A stretch of DNA of 64,000 nucleotides from Octopus sinensis (lineage: Eukaryota), in NCBI RefSeq assembly GCF_006345805.1, contig NC_043002.1, forward strand, positions 94,984,001 to 95,048,000. Direction: 5' to 3'. Each line of letters starts with the position of its first letter. Position 1 is the stretch's first letter. The translations under genes and the position numbers were made by a program. Shown piece after piece: positions 39,901 through 50,082 of the stretch. The notes under the pieces were generated by a model, which saw only the letters and a program-made list of their open reading frames with translations, was not told the DNA's origin and made no database searches.

Positions 39901-40341
39901 CTTTGCAAATTGTGTTAAAGTCTCCTAGCACAACTAATGAATGCGAAGTACCAAGAAAGTTTTCTAGTTCACAAAAATAATCACTTTGCCCTGTATGGTT
40001 GGGTGCGTAAATTGCAACCAGTCTGATAACTTTACCATTACTGAACGTCAAATCCATGACGACCAGCCTACCTTCTGGATCTGCAAAAATTAACTTTTTC
40101 TCAGAAACCCGGTTTCTTTTTATTAGGACCAACACCCCACTTCCACCGTAGGACTGCCAGGAGAGAAAAAACTCTCGTAGCCGTCAAACAGCGGGAGCAG
40201 ACCTTTTGGCCCCTCTAACTGGGTTTCTGTAGCAACAATAACATCTAAATTACGCGACCTGATATCATGCAGGAAGCGACCTTGCTTCCAGCCTGCTCCC
40301 AGGCCGCGCACATTCAAACAACCAACATAAATGTAATCCAT
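36948..40341 (-). pseudogene. ORF2 of element B: APE endonuclease, reverse transcriptase and C-terminal Cys/His motif; two frameshifts (near 40130 and 37720)
   Basis: ORFs 40123-40341, 37715-40135 and 36948-37727 carry LNVRG, ETQ, GDFN, LDRI, SDH (EN); PGLDG, FRPITLLN, DQSKAFDRV, RQGYPLSP, YADD (RT); CPRC..ETVPH...C. Confidence 0.93.
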
Positions 40342-40349
40342 ACTTACCT

Positions 40350-41723
40350 TTATATCAGTGGTTCGGTTTTCTCTTGTTCTTCTAACTCTTTTTCTGGGCC
40401 TCGTGGGGGAGTCCGACGTAGGCCCTCGAATATATGTGGAGATGTCACATCCAATCTAAGTGGGCCTACGTCATGGAAGAATTCGGATTTTATCCGCCCG
40501 TAATCCTTCCGGCCTATTCTGTAGATTACAAAGTCATTTTTCTTTTCCACTTTCTCCACTTTGGCCATAGCAGCCAACACGTTTCCTAGTCTGCTATTTG
40601 CTGCCTTTATGGCCATATATGAGTCCATTGTCTCTCTTTTCTTTTTTAAAATTATTCTGGGAGGGGTGGTTTCCGTTTTTCTTTTTTTTTTTTTCGGTAA
40701 TTTTTTTCCACCCCTCCTCATTTATCTTTTCCTCGCTCTTATTCTCCTCCGCCGCTGGTTCTGCTGTCACCGTCACCTCCACACCTTCGGTCTTCCCTTC
40801 TGGGCCGTCCGACGCTGCTTCTGGTGACACATTTTCTTCTTTTTCTCTTGGCTTCGGTGCTTCCTGCGGTTGGGGTTGGCATTCCGCCCTTACATGACCC
40901 TTCTTGCCGCAACCGAAGCACCTCGGCTTCCTGCCCTCCATGAAAACTGTTATTTTTTCATCTTCGCTGATTTTTACCGTTTCTGGAATTTCTTCCAGTG
41001 TTTGTACCTCCGCCTGAATGGCTATCACTATTTTTTGTCCTTTCCAGAACTCCTCTTCTTCCACTGTGGCCTGGAGGATGTTTATTTTTTCCTCCAGGCC
41101 TACCATCACTGCTGCCACCAGACATTCTGCATCTGCTTCTGGCGGTATGTTGTTCATTGTGATTTTTGACGTCCGCTTTTCTCTATATAATGGTAATAAA
41201 ACAATGTTTTCTGCTTTGATCGTCTCCATCAATAGTTTTTTCGCTATCTCTTCAGTGGTAAAACGCACCTCCACTGTGCCGTATCTTTTTCCTCTGTTTA
41301 TATAGGTTATTTTGTCCATTATCGGTTTCAGACAAAACTCTATTTTTTTTTCCTCGATTTTCTGTATCATTCTTGTTGCTGTGTTGTAAGTTTTATATAT
41401 AATTCTTTTCTTCTCTATATCGTTTGTTTCTGTATGTTTGTGACCACAGTCACCTCTGTGCCCTCTTTCTTTACACTGTCTGCAAATTTTTCCAGATTTT
41501 CAACATTTATTGTTTTAATCTTTTTCCCAGCTACTTCAGCAAATTTTTTCGCTGGAGTTGATGCTGGTACTGGTTTTTCTATTTTCTTGGGCGACGCCAC
41601 CTCTTTTTTCTTCGGCGACAACGCCTCTTTTTTTCTTGGTGACAACGCCTCTTTTTTTCCTGGCGACAACGCCGGGTATTCGTCCTCGCTCGTCACGGGC
41701 GAATAAGAGATGGAGGACTCCAT
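40350..41723 (-). pseudogene. ORF1 of element B: zinc-knuckle RNA-binding protein; frameshifts near 41425 and at the T-run near 40690
   Basis: Starts MESSISYSP at 41723, continues in 40594-41370 with CFGCGKKGHVRAEC (CX2CX4HX4C), ends in the 40350-40721 frame 8 nt before the ORF2 ATG. Confidence 0.88.
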
Positions 41724-41948
41724 CTTGAACAAATGGCTATAACAAGCCTTTGGAAATTCCAAATTAATTGTAGTTTTCCCCCACAGAGGGGGGAACACCA
41801 ACGTGAAGTCCTCGCGTGAAGGCTGACTTTGACAGTTAGACAGTAATGTACACAACGGTTGACAAACAATACAGAAAAACAGAGATAATACGACGAGAGC
41901 AAAATATACAAACTTACTAATAAACGCAAAAATAGCTTTCCTCCATGT

Positions 41949-43716
41949 AATTTTATTACTACCCACAAGGGGCGAACATAGATGGGACAGTACAGTCGGG
42001 GAACCCAAAATAAGAAAGCGAATGACAAGAAAAGGAAAAAATAAAAGTAAAAAATGACATATGAAAGAACATTTACAATGAGATGCAAATGCCCACTCGA
42101 TCCCCGGAATCGAGAGGTTACACCCTCGTCACATATATTTCACAAAATTTTCCTTTTTTTTTCTTCTTTCTTCTCTCTCCTCTCACAATTCTACACGTAT
42201 AGCTTTCAACTCTCTAAAGTCAATCACTGAGCCCTCAGGCAGCCGCTCTCCCACTCGAACACTCGTGTAAAATATTACACCCTCTCCGGCAGCTCTGAGG
42301 AACTCAGCGACTCTTTCTTCGGGGATCAGAGCAGTCTCCCGCCACCGATCGGTCATCCTGCTGACCCACACATGTCCCTCCGCACTACATGTCAAGTCCT
42401 TCATTTCGGGGCAGAAATGGAAGGTCACTAACTTGCAGAAGCAGCAATCCTGCTTCCGTCCCACGCTCTCCCTCGTCTTTCTTTTCGGGCCCACCTCTTC
42501 CTTGTTCTCCTCCCTTTGCTTCTCTCCCTCTCTCTCCCCGCCCTCCCTTCCCTCTTCTTCCCTCTCTTGTCCCCCTGGTTCCTTGTCCGCTCTCTCCCTC
42601 TCTCGCGCTTCACGCTCCCCTTCCTTTTCCTTCCGTGCGCCGTCCCTTCTTTTCGTTTGATTCCGATCTCTCTCTTGTTTTTTTCCCGTTGGTTCTTCTT
42701 CCCTTTTTCCCTCCTGACTCTGTTTTGGTTCTACTTCTTTCCCCTCTTTTATTTCTTTTTCCTTCATTGACCCATTATTTCCTTTCTCCCGTTGTTCTGC
42801 TTCCCCCTCCATGCTTTCTCTTTCATTTACCGCATTCTTCCCTTCTTCAAGTTCCCGCTCGCACTCCGCTACGAATTCGTATAACGGGCACTCCCCTTTA
42901 ATGTGCCCCCCCGCCCCGCACAGGTAACAGTTTGGTTTTCCTCCCTCTACAATTACACTGAGGGTCCTCTCATCTTCAATTTCCACTCTGTAGGGGAACC
43001 TTTCAATGTCCTCCCCTGTGGCCATCAAACACAGTTCCACCCCACATCCTCTCCAGTCTACCGCGCTGGACTCCTTAAAGGATTCCACCTCCACTTCCTC
43101 TTCCGCCGCTCCTAGAACAGCTGTTGCCAGCCATTCCGTTTTCACTTCTGGGGGCATATTCGGAATTCTAACCCGGACCCCTCCTCTTCCCCTGCATGAG
43201 GGCCACATTATAAATTTTTCGGCTCCCAGCACAGTGGTAGCCAGTGAGGCTGCAACTTCTTCCGCTGCACATCTCACCTCCACCGCACCAAACTTCTTGC
43301 CTCCACTCACGTAGGTTGACTTCCCCATTATGTCTCCCAGACACTTCTCGACCTCGGCCATCTCCACTCCTGCCAGCCTCTTCGTATTTTCGTCCTGGGT
43401 TCCACATGTCACCGTCTTGTTTTCCCTGTCCTCCTCTGCCTTCGCGGGGGGGACCAGCTTCACGCTATCACCCTCCCCTTTGAATAGCTTTTCACATTCC
43501 TTGAGTTCACTCTTCTCAAAGAAAACATCCCTCATGATTATCGACGAATCACTTTTTTTCCCCGTGACCCCCGCGCAAGTCGCCATGACCAGAGGGTCAA
43601 TTCACCCTCTTCGGAAGGTTTCCACACGTGGAGGCAAACGCCTCGCGCGATATTAATCACTTTACACAACAAAATTTCAACGTCTAATCACAGATAACAA
43701 CACGTATAGCTTGGAG
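41949..43716 (-). mobile_element. Element A: ORF1-only non-autonomous LINE derivative (HAL1-like), about 1.77 kb
   Basis: About 130-nt 5'UTR, a single ORF, and about 230-nt 3'UTR ending in the same tail as B. Candidate 6-bp TSD ccatgt (41943-41948) / ccacgt (43717-43722). Confidence 0.82.
42183..43586 (-). CDS. ORF1 protein of element A (467 aa, CCHC zinc knuckle), apparently A-to-G hypermutated
   Basis: Open ORF homologous to B ORF1: TYVSGGKKFGAVEVR vs TYINRGKRYGTVEVR, NMPPE vs NIPPE, EGGKPNCYLCGAGGHIKGEC vs EGRKPRCFGCGKKGHVRAEC. Confidence 0.85.
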   Translation of the reverse strand: MATCAGVTGKKSDSSIIMRDVFFEKSELKECEKLFKGEGDSVKLVPPAKAEEDRENKTVTCGTQDENTKRLAGVEMAEVEKCLGDIMGKSTYVSGGKKFGAVEVRCAAEEVAASLATTVLGAEKFIMWPSCRGRGGVRVRIPNMPPEVKTEWLATAVLGAAEEEVEVESFKESSAVDWRGCGVELCLMATGEDIERFPYRVEIEDERTLSVIVEGGKPNCYLCGAGGHIKGECPLYEFVAECERELEEGKNAVNERESMEGEAEQREKGNNGSMKEKEIKEGKEVEPKQSQEGKREEEPTGKKQERDRNQTKRRDGARKEKEGEREARERERADKEPGGQEREEEGREGGEREGEKQREENKEEVGPKRKTRESVGRKQDCCFCKLVTFHFCPEMKDLTCSAEGHVWVSRMTDRWRETALIPEERVAEFLRAAGEGVIFYTSVRVGERLPEGSVIDFRELKAIRVEL

Positions 43717-43775
43717 CCACGTGGGCAAATCTTCTTTTTTCTCTACATTATAGACAATAGTCTTTTCTTTAATTT
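43717..43775 (-). pseudogene. Element C ORF1, upstream part
   Basis: Minus strand reads IKEKTIVYNVEKK, then (frameshift) RFAHV, which joins EESTIEKCL at 36699. B equivalent: IEKKRIIYKTYNTATRMIQKIEEKKIEFCL. Confidence 0.6.
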
Positions 43776-44039
43776 AATTTTTTATTATCCATCTGGACTA
43801 TTCCATTTCTGCATGCTAATTTTATTTTTAATTTATTCCTATTCATGTGAAACCACTTATTCAAGTTCAAATCATTGATGCAATTTTATACCAATTGCTA
43901 TTTTTACTTTTGTTATGTTACGATTATATTATACTTTAGTTTGATTTTAATTATTACTTACTACATATAATTCAATTGTTATTATTATTTTTATTGTTAA
44001 AGTGAAAGTATCTGACATAAAATAGAGAAACGTTTTTGT

Positions 44040-44405
44040 TTATCTTTTAACACGTAATACTGAAATAGTGGAGAAGATATGATATTGCTATGGGCTCGCT
44101 CTAGGCAAGAAGGTGAACATTTGTTTTGCCCATGAAACTACATGGACCCTAAGTAAGGCATGTGTAAAATTTGAATGGAATTGGTTGTGTAGTTCTCAAG
44201 TTTTTGGGAATCGTAGTGGAGAAGATATGATATTGCTGTGGGCTCGCCCTAGGCAAAAAGTTCAAAATTATTTTTGCCGATGACACTCCCCGGACCCTAA
44301 GTAAGGCATGTGTAAAATTTGAATGAAATTGGTTGTGTAGTTCTCAAGTTTTAGGGAAACACACAGACAGACAGACACACATTCTCAGTTTTATATATAT
44401 AAAGA
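44040..44405 (-). mobile_element. 5' part of a Helitron-like non-autonomous element with an internal 148-bp tandem duplication
   Basis: Minus strand starts TCtttatatatataaaactgagaatgtgtgtctgtctgtc; duplicated units at 44066-44213 and 44214-44358. Confidence 0.6.
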
Positions 44406-45227
44406 TATATATATTTATTATATATATATTTATATATATATTATATATATGTGTGTGTGTGTGTGCGTGTACATATGTATGTGTATATGCATATATTCAT
44501 ATATATATGCACGCATGGAAAAGCTGATGCAAAATGTTGTGTATACATGTGTACATGTATAATTGGATATGCGTTGCATATGTGTGTGTGTGTGTGTGTG
44601 TGTTTGTGTGTACACACATACATATGAGTGAGTAAAAGAAACATCTTGTGAGAAATTTACCAATTGATAGCAAACCAAACAAACAATACGAATTGTCTTT
44701 ATAAATATTTCAAAGAGAACTTATTCAAAATTGATTTTTATTAAACTGAATGCTTTATTTATTAAATTATCTTTCAAATATTTGAAGTTTTCATTCTTTC
44801 GAAACCATATCAGAATGCAAACAAACACAGACTACAAAAAATACTAGTCTTTATGTACATTTCTACATTGTACAAGTAAAATTCTATAATATTCAAAATA
44901 ATAAAGAAAGCTAGTTGTACAATAAGTTGTTTGATATAATTCTCATTTCTAATACCCTTCTACATATTTACCTTAATTTTTTTTCTTCTGTTTTGTTGTT
45001 TTCTGTTTTTTTTTTGTTTTTTTTTTTTGGTTTGGTTCTTTCCTTGTGATTTTGAAATTTTATCTTTATTTAACACATCTTGAAATTATTTTCAAAAATT
45101 TATTTGTCATTAATATTATGTATTGTAGTAATAGACAAAAATATTCTTTACATCTTGCATGAAGATCCACGCAAAAAAAAAAACCCCATGCATGCACATA
45201 CACACATACACACATGATTATAGATGC

Positions 45228-45263
<36 letters not shown>

Positions 45264-45367
45264 GTAAATATTTTTGATTCATGCAATTAAATATTTTTTA
45301 AATGCTCAAATGTATCAACCTTTTGTCATGCAAATACATGAACATTAGGAATTTTCTTCTCTCTCTG

Positions 45368-45399
<32 letters not shown>

Positions 45400-45796
45400 C
45401 CTTCCTTAGCATGTTCATATTTATGAATATATAGACAATGATGATATACACACACACACACATATATATATATATAATCATAAATACATATATTTATGTG
45501 ACATGTAAAATCAAATTATGCTTATATGCACACACATTACATACATACAGGTACACATATAAACACAAAAGCCATGGATTCCATACACACGTCTATACTC
45601 TTACACATACTTGATACCTACATTTGCAACACCGTTATTAAGATATACAAATATGTATATGTACCAAAGATTTCTCTTTATTATTTTCATATGTATACTG
45701 TTATGAATATTCATATGACTTTTTCATTTAAAGTATACATATTTATTTACATGAGCACTCAGTCATCATTCTGAACATCATCATCATTATAAATAT

Positions 45797-45948
45797 CATC
45801 ATCATCATCGTTTAACGTCTGCTTTCCATGCTAGCATGGGTTGGACGGTTCAACTGGGGTCTGGGAAGCCCGAAGGCTGCACCAGGCCAGTCAGATCTGG
45901 CAGTGTTTCTACAGCTGGATGCCCTTCCTAACGCCAACCACTCCGTGA
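45797..45948 (-). mobile_element. Family B retroposon, 3' fragment
   Basis: (CAT)n then cgtttaacgtctgctttccatgctagcatggg. Confidence 0.8.
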
Positions 45949-45965
45949 TATATATATATATATAT

Positions 45966-46250
45966 AATAATATTAGGAAGTAAATCCAAACTTACAGGGA
46001 AAAATTAGATTTAGGATTAAATCTAATTTTACAGTATAAATATAAATTAAATTAGAGATAAAACCACTATTAGGCAAATCAAACAGTGAAAAGCATAAAC
46101 CAAAACATAGAAATAAAATTAATTAATATAATATACAAAATTTTATATTTTATATATTTTGTATATTATATTAATTAATTTTATTTCTATGTTTTGGTTT
46201 ATGTTTTTCACTGTTTGATTTGCCTAATAGTGGTTTTATCTCTAATTTAT
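45966..46250. mobile_element. Foldback repeat family, copy 2, in (TA)n
   Basis: About 90-bp arms at 46048-46250; the ccaaacttacagggaaaaatt flank is shared with 15450-15522 in reverse. Confidence 0.75.
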
Positions 46251-47239
46251 TTATATATATATATATCATCTTTCCATGTTGGCATGGATTAGATGGCTTT
46301 TCACAGTCCAAGACATTTCTTGTTGGGAGGCACTGCATCTATAGACTGGTGCTCATACTTGTCATTTGGCTAAGTTTCTATGGCTGGATATACTTTCTGT
46401 TGCTAACCATTTTACAATGTCTACTGGGTGCAGTTTTTGTGGACCCAGTTTTAGATGGATAGTCTTTCTTTCCATTCACTTGTAGGGGGCACTGCAGATT
46501 CTGTTGTAACACCAGCACAGGAGGTAGAATAATTTGTGCACTGTAAATATGGTGAGTATTTTGAAACTTAAAGCAAGCAGTCTAAGGTGGGGAGTAGAAG
46601 AGGGACAGTTACAGCCAAAAGGCCTGAAATGGGTAGTTGAGTGAGAAGATAGCAGTGTAAGTGTAAAGTGTACTCAATATCGAAGGAAGGGTACATTTGT
46701 TCAGGTAACTGAAGAGGGAAACAGGAGAGAGAGAGAGAGAGAGAGAGAGAGCAGTAAGACCAGAATAGGATGGAAGTCAAAGAAGAGTACAATTGGAAAA
46801 AGTAGCGATATCTAGGGGTGGAGTTTGGAGAAGAATAGCAGAAATGGATAGAGGTAAGGCTAAATGATGAAATGTTAGCAAGAGTAAGTGATAAATGACA
46901 GAAGAAGTGGCCCACAGGGAGACAGGAAGGAGTGTGATGGTTAGTTGCACAGCAGGAAAAAGTTAGTGTGTAGAGGGATGCGAGTGCTTCAGTGTCTTAC
47001 ATGAAGGTTTTGTGAAGGTCAAAGAAGTGAGAGTGAAGCGGATGGTGTGGTCAAAGCAAGTGGTGGAACATTGAATGATGGAGAGCTGTGAATGATAAGG
47101 AGATTGGCAAAAGGTTGGACTGTGAGCAATAGGTAGATAATAAGCAAGAGTCAAGAAGGCAAGGTAACCTTTGCAAGGTACAAAATATTTCAGCTTCTAA
47201 CACTATATTTCTGTCAGGATAAAGTGCTCTGGTCATCTG

Positions 47240-47710
47240 TAATACTGAATATCACCAGTCAGTGTGCTGTCTCCTCCATGAGACTCAGCATCTTCAGTTC
47301 ATCTCATGGTTAGCCTTCACCACTTTGTCCCAAGTCTTCTTTGGTTTCCTTCTTCTACAGATTCTGCTTAGAGTTCGTGGCACTTCATTATGCCATTATC
47401 ATCCTCCATACACATCATATACTTATAGAAGCATTGCTTCCTCTCTTGTACACTACGCTCAATTCCCATTGTACTGTCTTTCTCTCAGCTCATTTGTACT
47501 TTGGCATTCATGCATACTGACATTACACATCCATCAGAGCATGCTGGTTTTATTTCTTTGCAATTCCTCTGCATCCAAGTCTTCTGCATCACCACTGTAT
47601 TATATGACAGTTTTAACACAAGTGTCATACAATCTACCCTTCACTATAGAAGAAAACTCTTTTGTTGCCTGCAGAGGCAATTGCTCCTTGAACTTTATCC
47701 CTCCTTTTCT
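47240..47710 (-). pseudogene. Decayed RTE-clade LINE 3' fragment
   Basis: Shares motifs with 60240-60745 (cacatccatcaga, cacaagtgtcata.aatct.cc). Confidence 0.55.
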
Positions 47711-48565
47711 GATTAACAAGGAAAGCTGTATGCTTGACAGTACTGGAGTTCTGTCTTCTTCCCCTCTTACTAATGTAATTTTGAAGCCTCTTAATTCTAG
47801 GGTTTTGATTCCATGCAAACTAGTTGACAAACGGAGACAACATTGGTTTGAAAGAACCCTTCAGTCTTATTGAGGACATAGCAACCTCTCTATTGCTGGT
47901 ATCTCAATAAAATGCTTTCAACACACCCTGTAAAATGATTTGTCTCAGGAAGGGTTTTCAGCCATAGAAACTATGCTATAAGAACTAGTTCATTGGCTTA
48001 TATAATCTTAAACTCCCCTTATTTTTTTATTCTTTTCTTGCTAAGTAGATCTATAACTTTGCTTGCCTTCAAGTTACTTGGTATAGTTCTTTACTCTGCA
48101 CTTTCTCCAGTCTTTCCAATCTCATCTCTTTGCTTTTGTGATTCTGTTTACCTAACATTCCAACATGTCACCATCAGTCTAGTTAAGTGAGAGACTTGCC
48201 TCAACCACAGAACTAGCCTGTAAGCCTCAGCAGGTTGTCTATAGGACTTTCCAGTTGTTCTCTATGATTTAAGGCCCTATACCCCACTTTCACCCAAGGT
48301 TTCAACTAGAAATACACTTCTAATTGCTTGTTAGTTCTTCAAGCTTCCATATCTTCCTTTTTATTATTGTCTTGTACCTGTGAGTCTGTCTAGCTCTATC
48401 TCTGAAGTTACTAATCACTAACTAATATTAGGTAGTACATTCTTCACCTGGAAAAGACCTAATGTTCATAACCATTTGTCTGTTCCATTTTTGTTTTCTT
48501 TCTGAGAATGTAATCTATTTGGTTTGTTTATCCACCAAATTGGGTTGATTAGGTAGTTGTCTAGT

Positions 48566-48825
48566 TAATTATTAACATAACAGAACTTGAGGAGCCTTGT
48601 TCCATCTTCATCTTTTGAACCAAAGTTTTATTAAATATATAACCAAAATTATATTAATTATTAACATAACAGAACTTGAGCAGCCTTGTTCCATCTTCAT
48701 TTTTTGAACCAAAGTTATATTTTGAACCGAAGTTATATTAATTATATAACCAAAGTTATATTAATTATTAACATAACAGAACTTGAGGAGCCTTGTTCCA
48801 TCTTCATCTTTTGAACCAAAGTTAT
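48566..48825. repeat. Three tandem copies of a ~62-bp unit with AT-rich linkers
   Basis: taattattaacataacagaacttgaggagccttgttccatcttcatcttttgaaccaaagtt occurs three times. Confidence 0.9.
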
Positions 48826-49544
48826 AGTCTCTATACTTATATGGAATCTCTCATGTCATTGTCCAACATGTCTGTTGAAGTCACCAGCTATAATGAGGAT
48901 GCTGTCATCAGATAGACAGCACAATGACCTAATGGAGTCTTTGTTTTCATCTGCCGGTCTAGATTGTGGAATGTATGTCATTATAACATCCAAGTCTAAG
49001 GTTAATTATTACAAACTCTGACCTCCTCTGACCTCCTCAGTTACTTTACCCATTTCTCTACCAATATTATGCCTGTTTTACTCATAATTTTTATACCTGC
49101 TCAGAGGAATTTATGCCCTGGCACACGCACACAGTACACATCTCTGTGCTTTTACGCTAGCATCTCAACAATTTTTGTGTGTGTGTGTTTGTGCATGTGT
49201 GTGTATGTGTGTGTTTGGTTGCCTATACGGACACACACTGACAGTCTTGTGTGACTGCCTGTCTATGTCTATTTTCTATGTCTTATTTTATGCTTATCAT
49301 AAGGTGTTGTGTATAGAAATAAATAAGGAAATGTAATTTAGCAATTTGATAAATATATAGATTAATAAGTGCTAAATTGAAATGAGGACACAGCAGTATG
49401 ACTAAAAGCCCTTTGAGATGGCATCCCAACATTGCTGCCATCCTGTGACTGAAGCTATTAAAAGAATAAAAGAGCAAACGTTTTCAAAATATATGTGTGT
49501 GCAGGCATGCATGAGTATTCTATGTATCATATACTGAATAAATT

Positions 49545-49727
49545 GTACATACATACAAAGCACACATATAAATATGTATATATATGTGTATATAATGTAT
49601 CTATATTTATATACAAGTAAATGTGTGTATGTAAATGTATGTATGTTTATAAATGTATGTGAATATATGTGTATGTATGTATGTATATATATATATATAT
49701 GTATGTATATATAATATGTGTGTTGTG

Positions 49728-49759
<32 letters not shown>

Positions 49760-50047
49760 GTACACACATACATGTATGTATGTATGTATGTATATATAAT
49801 ATGTGTGTGTGTATATATATATATATATATGTACACACATACATGTATGTATGTATGTATGTATATATAATATGTGTGTGTGTATATATATATATATGTA
49901 CACACATACATGTATGTATGTATATATAATATGTGTGTGTATATATATATATATGTACACACATACATGTATGTATGTATGTATGTATGTATGTATATAT
50001 ATGTATGTATGTATATATAATATCTGTGTGTGTGTATATATATATGT

Positions 50048-50082
<35 letters not shown>
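49545..50082. repeat. Compound TA/TG/TATG microsatellite with a higher-order ~60-bp period
   Basis: Repeated gtacacacatacatgtatgtatg...tatataatatgtgtgtg blocks. Confidence 0.9.

Larger units (their letters stand above)
36700..41934 (-). mobile_element. Element B: near full-length L1/Tx1-clade non-LTR retrotransposon (about 5.2 kb)
   Basis: 5'UTR-ORF1-ORF2-3'UTR with short A-rich tail; exact 13-bp TSD gctttcctccatg at 36687-36699 and 41935-41947. Confidence 0.92.

Noticed and set aside
41724-42088. N-terminal extension of ORF 41415-42008 and ORF 41693-42088
   Set aside because: They run through A's tail, the TSD and B's 5'UTR. The credible ORF1 start is the ATG at 41723.
37090-43656. Many plus-strand ORFs over elements A and B
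   Set aside because: They are antisense shadows of the LINE ORFs and show no motifs.
48566-48825. Repeat-spacer-like array
   Set aside because: Not CRISPR: 62-bp units, linkers are pieces of the unit, no cas genes, eukaryotic context.
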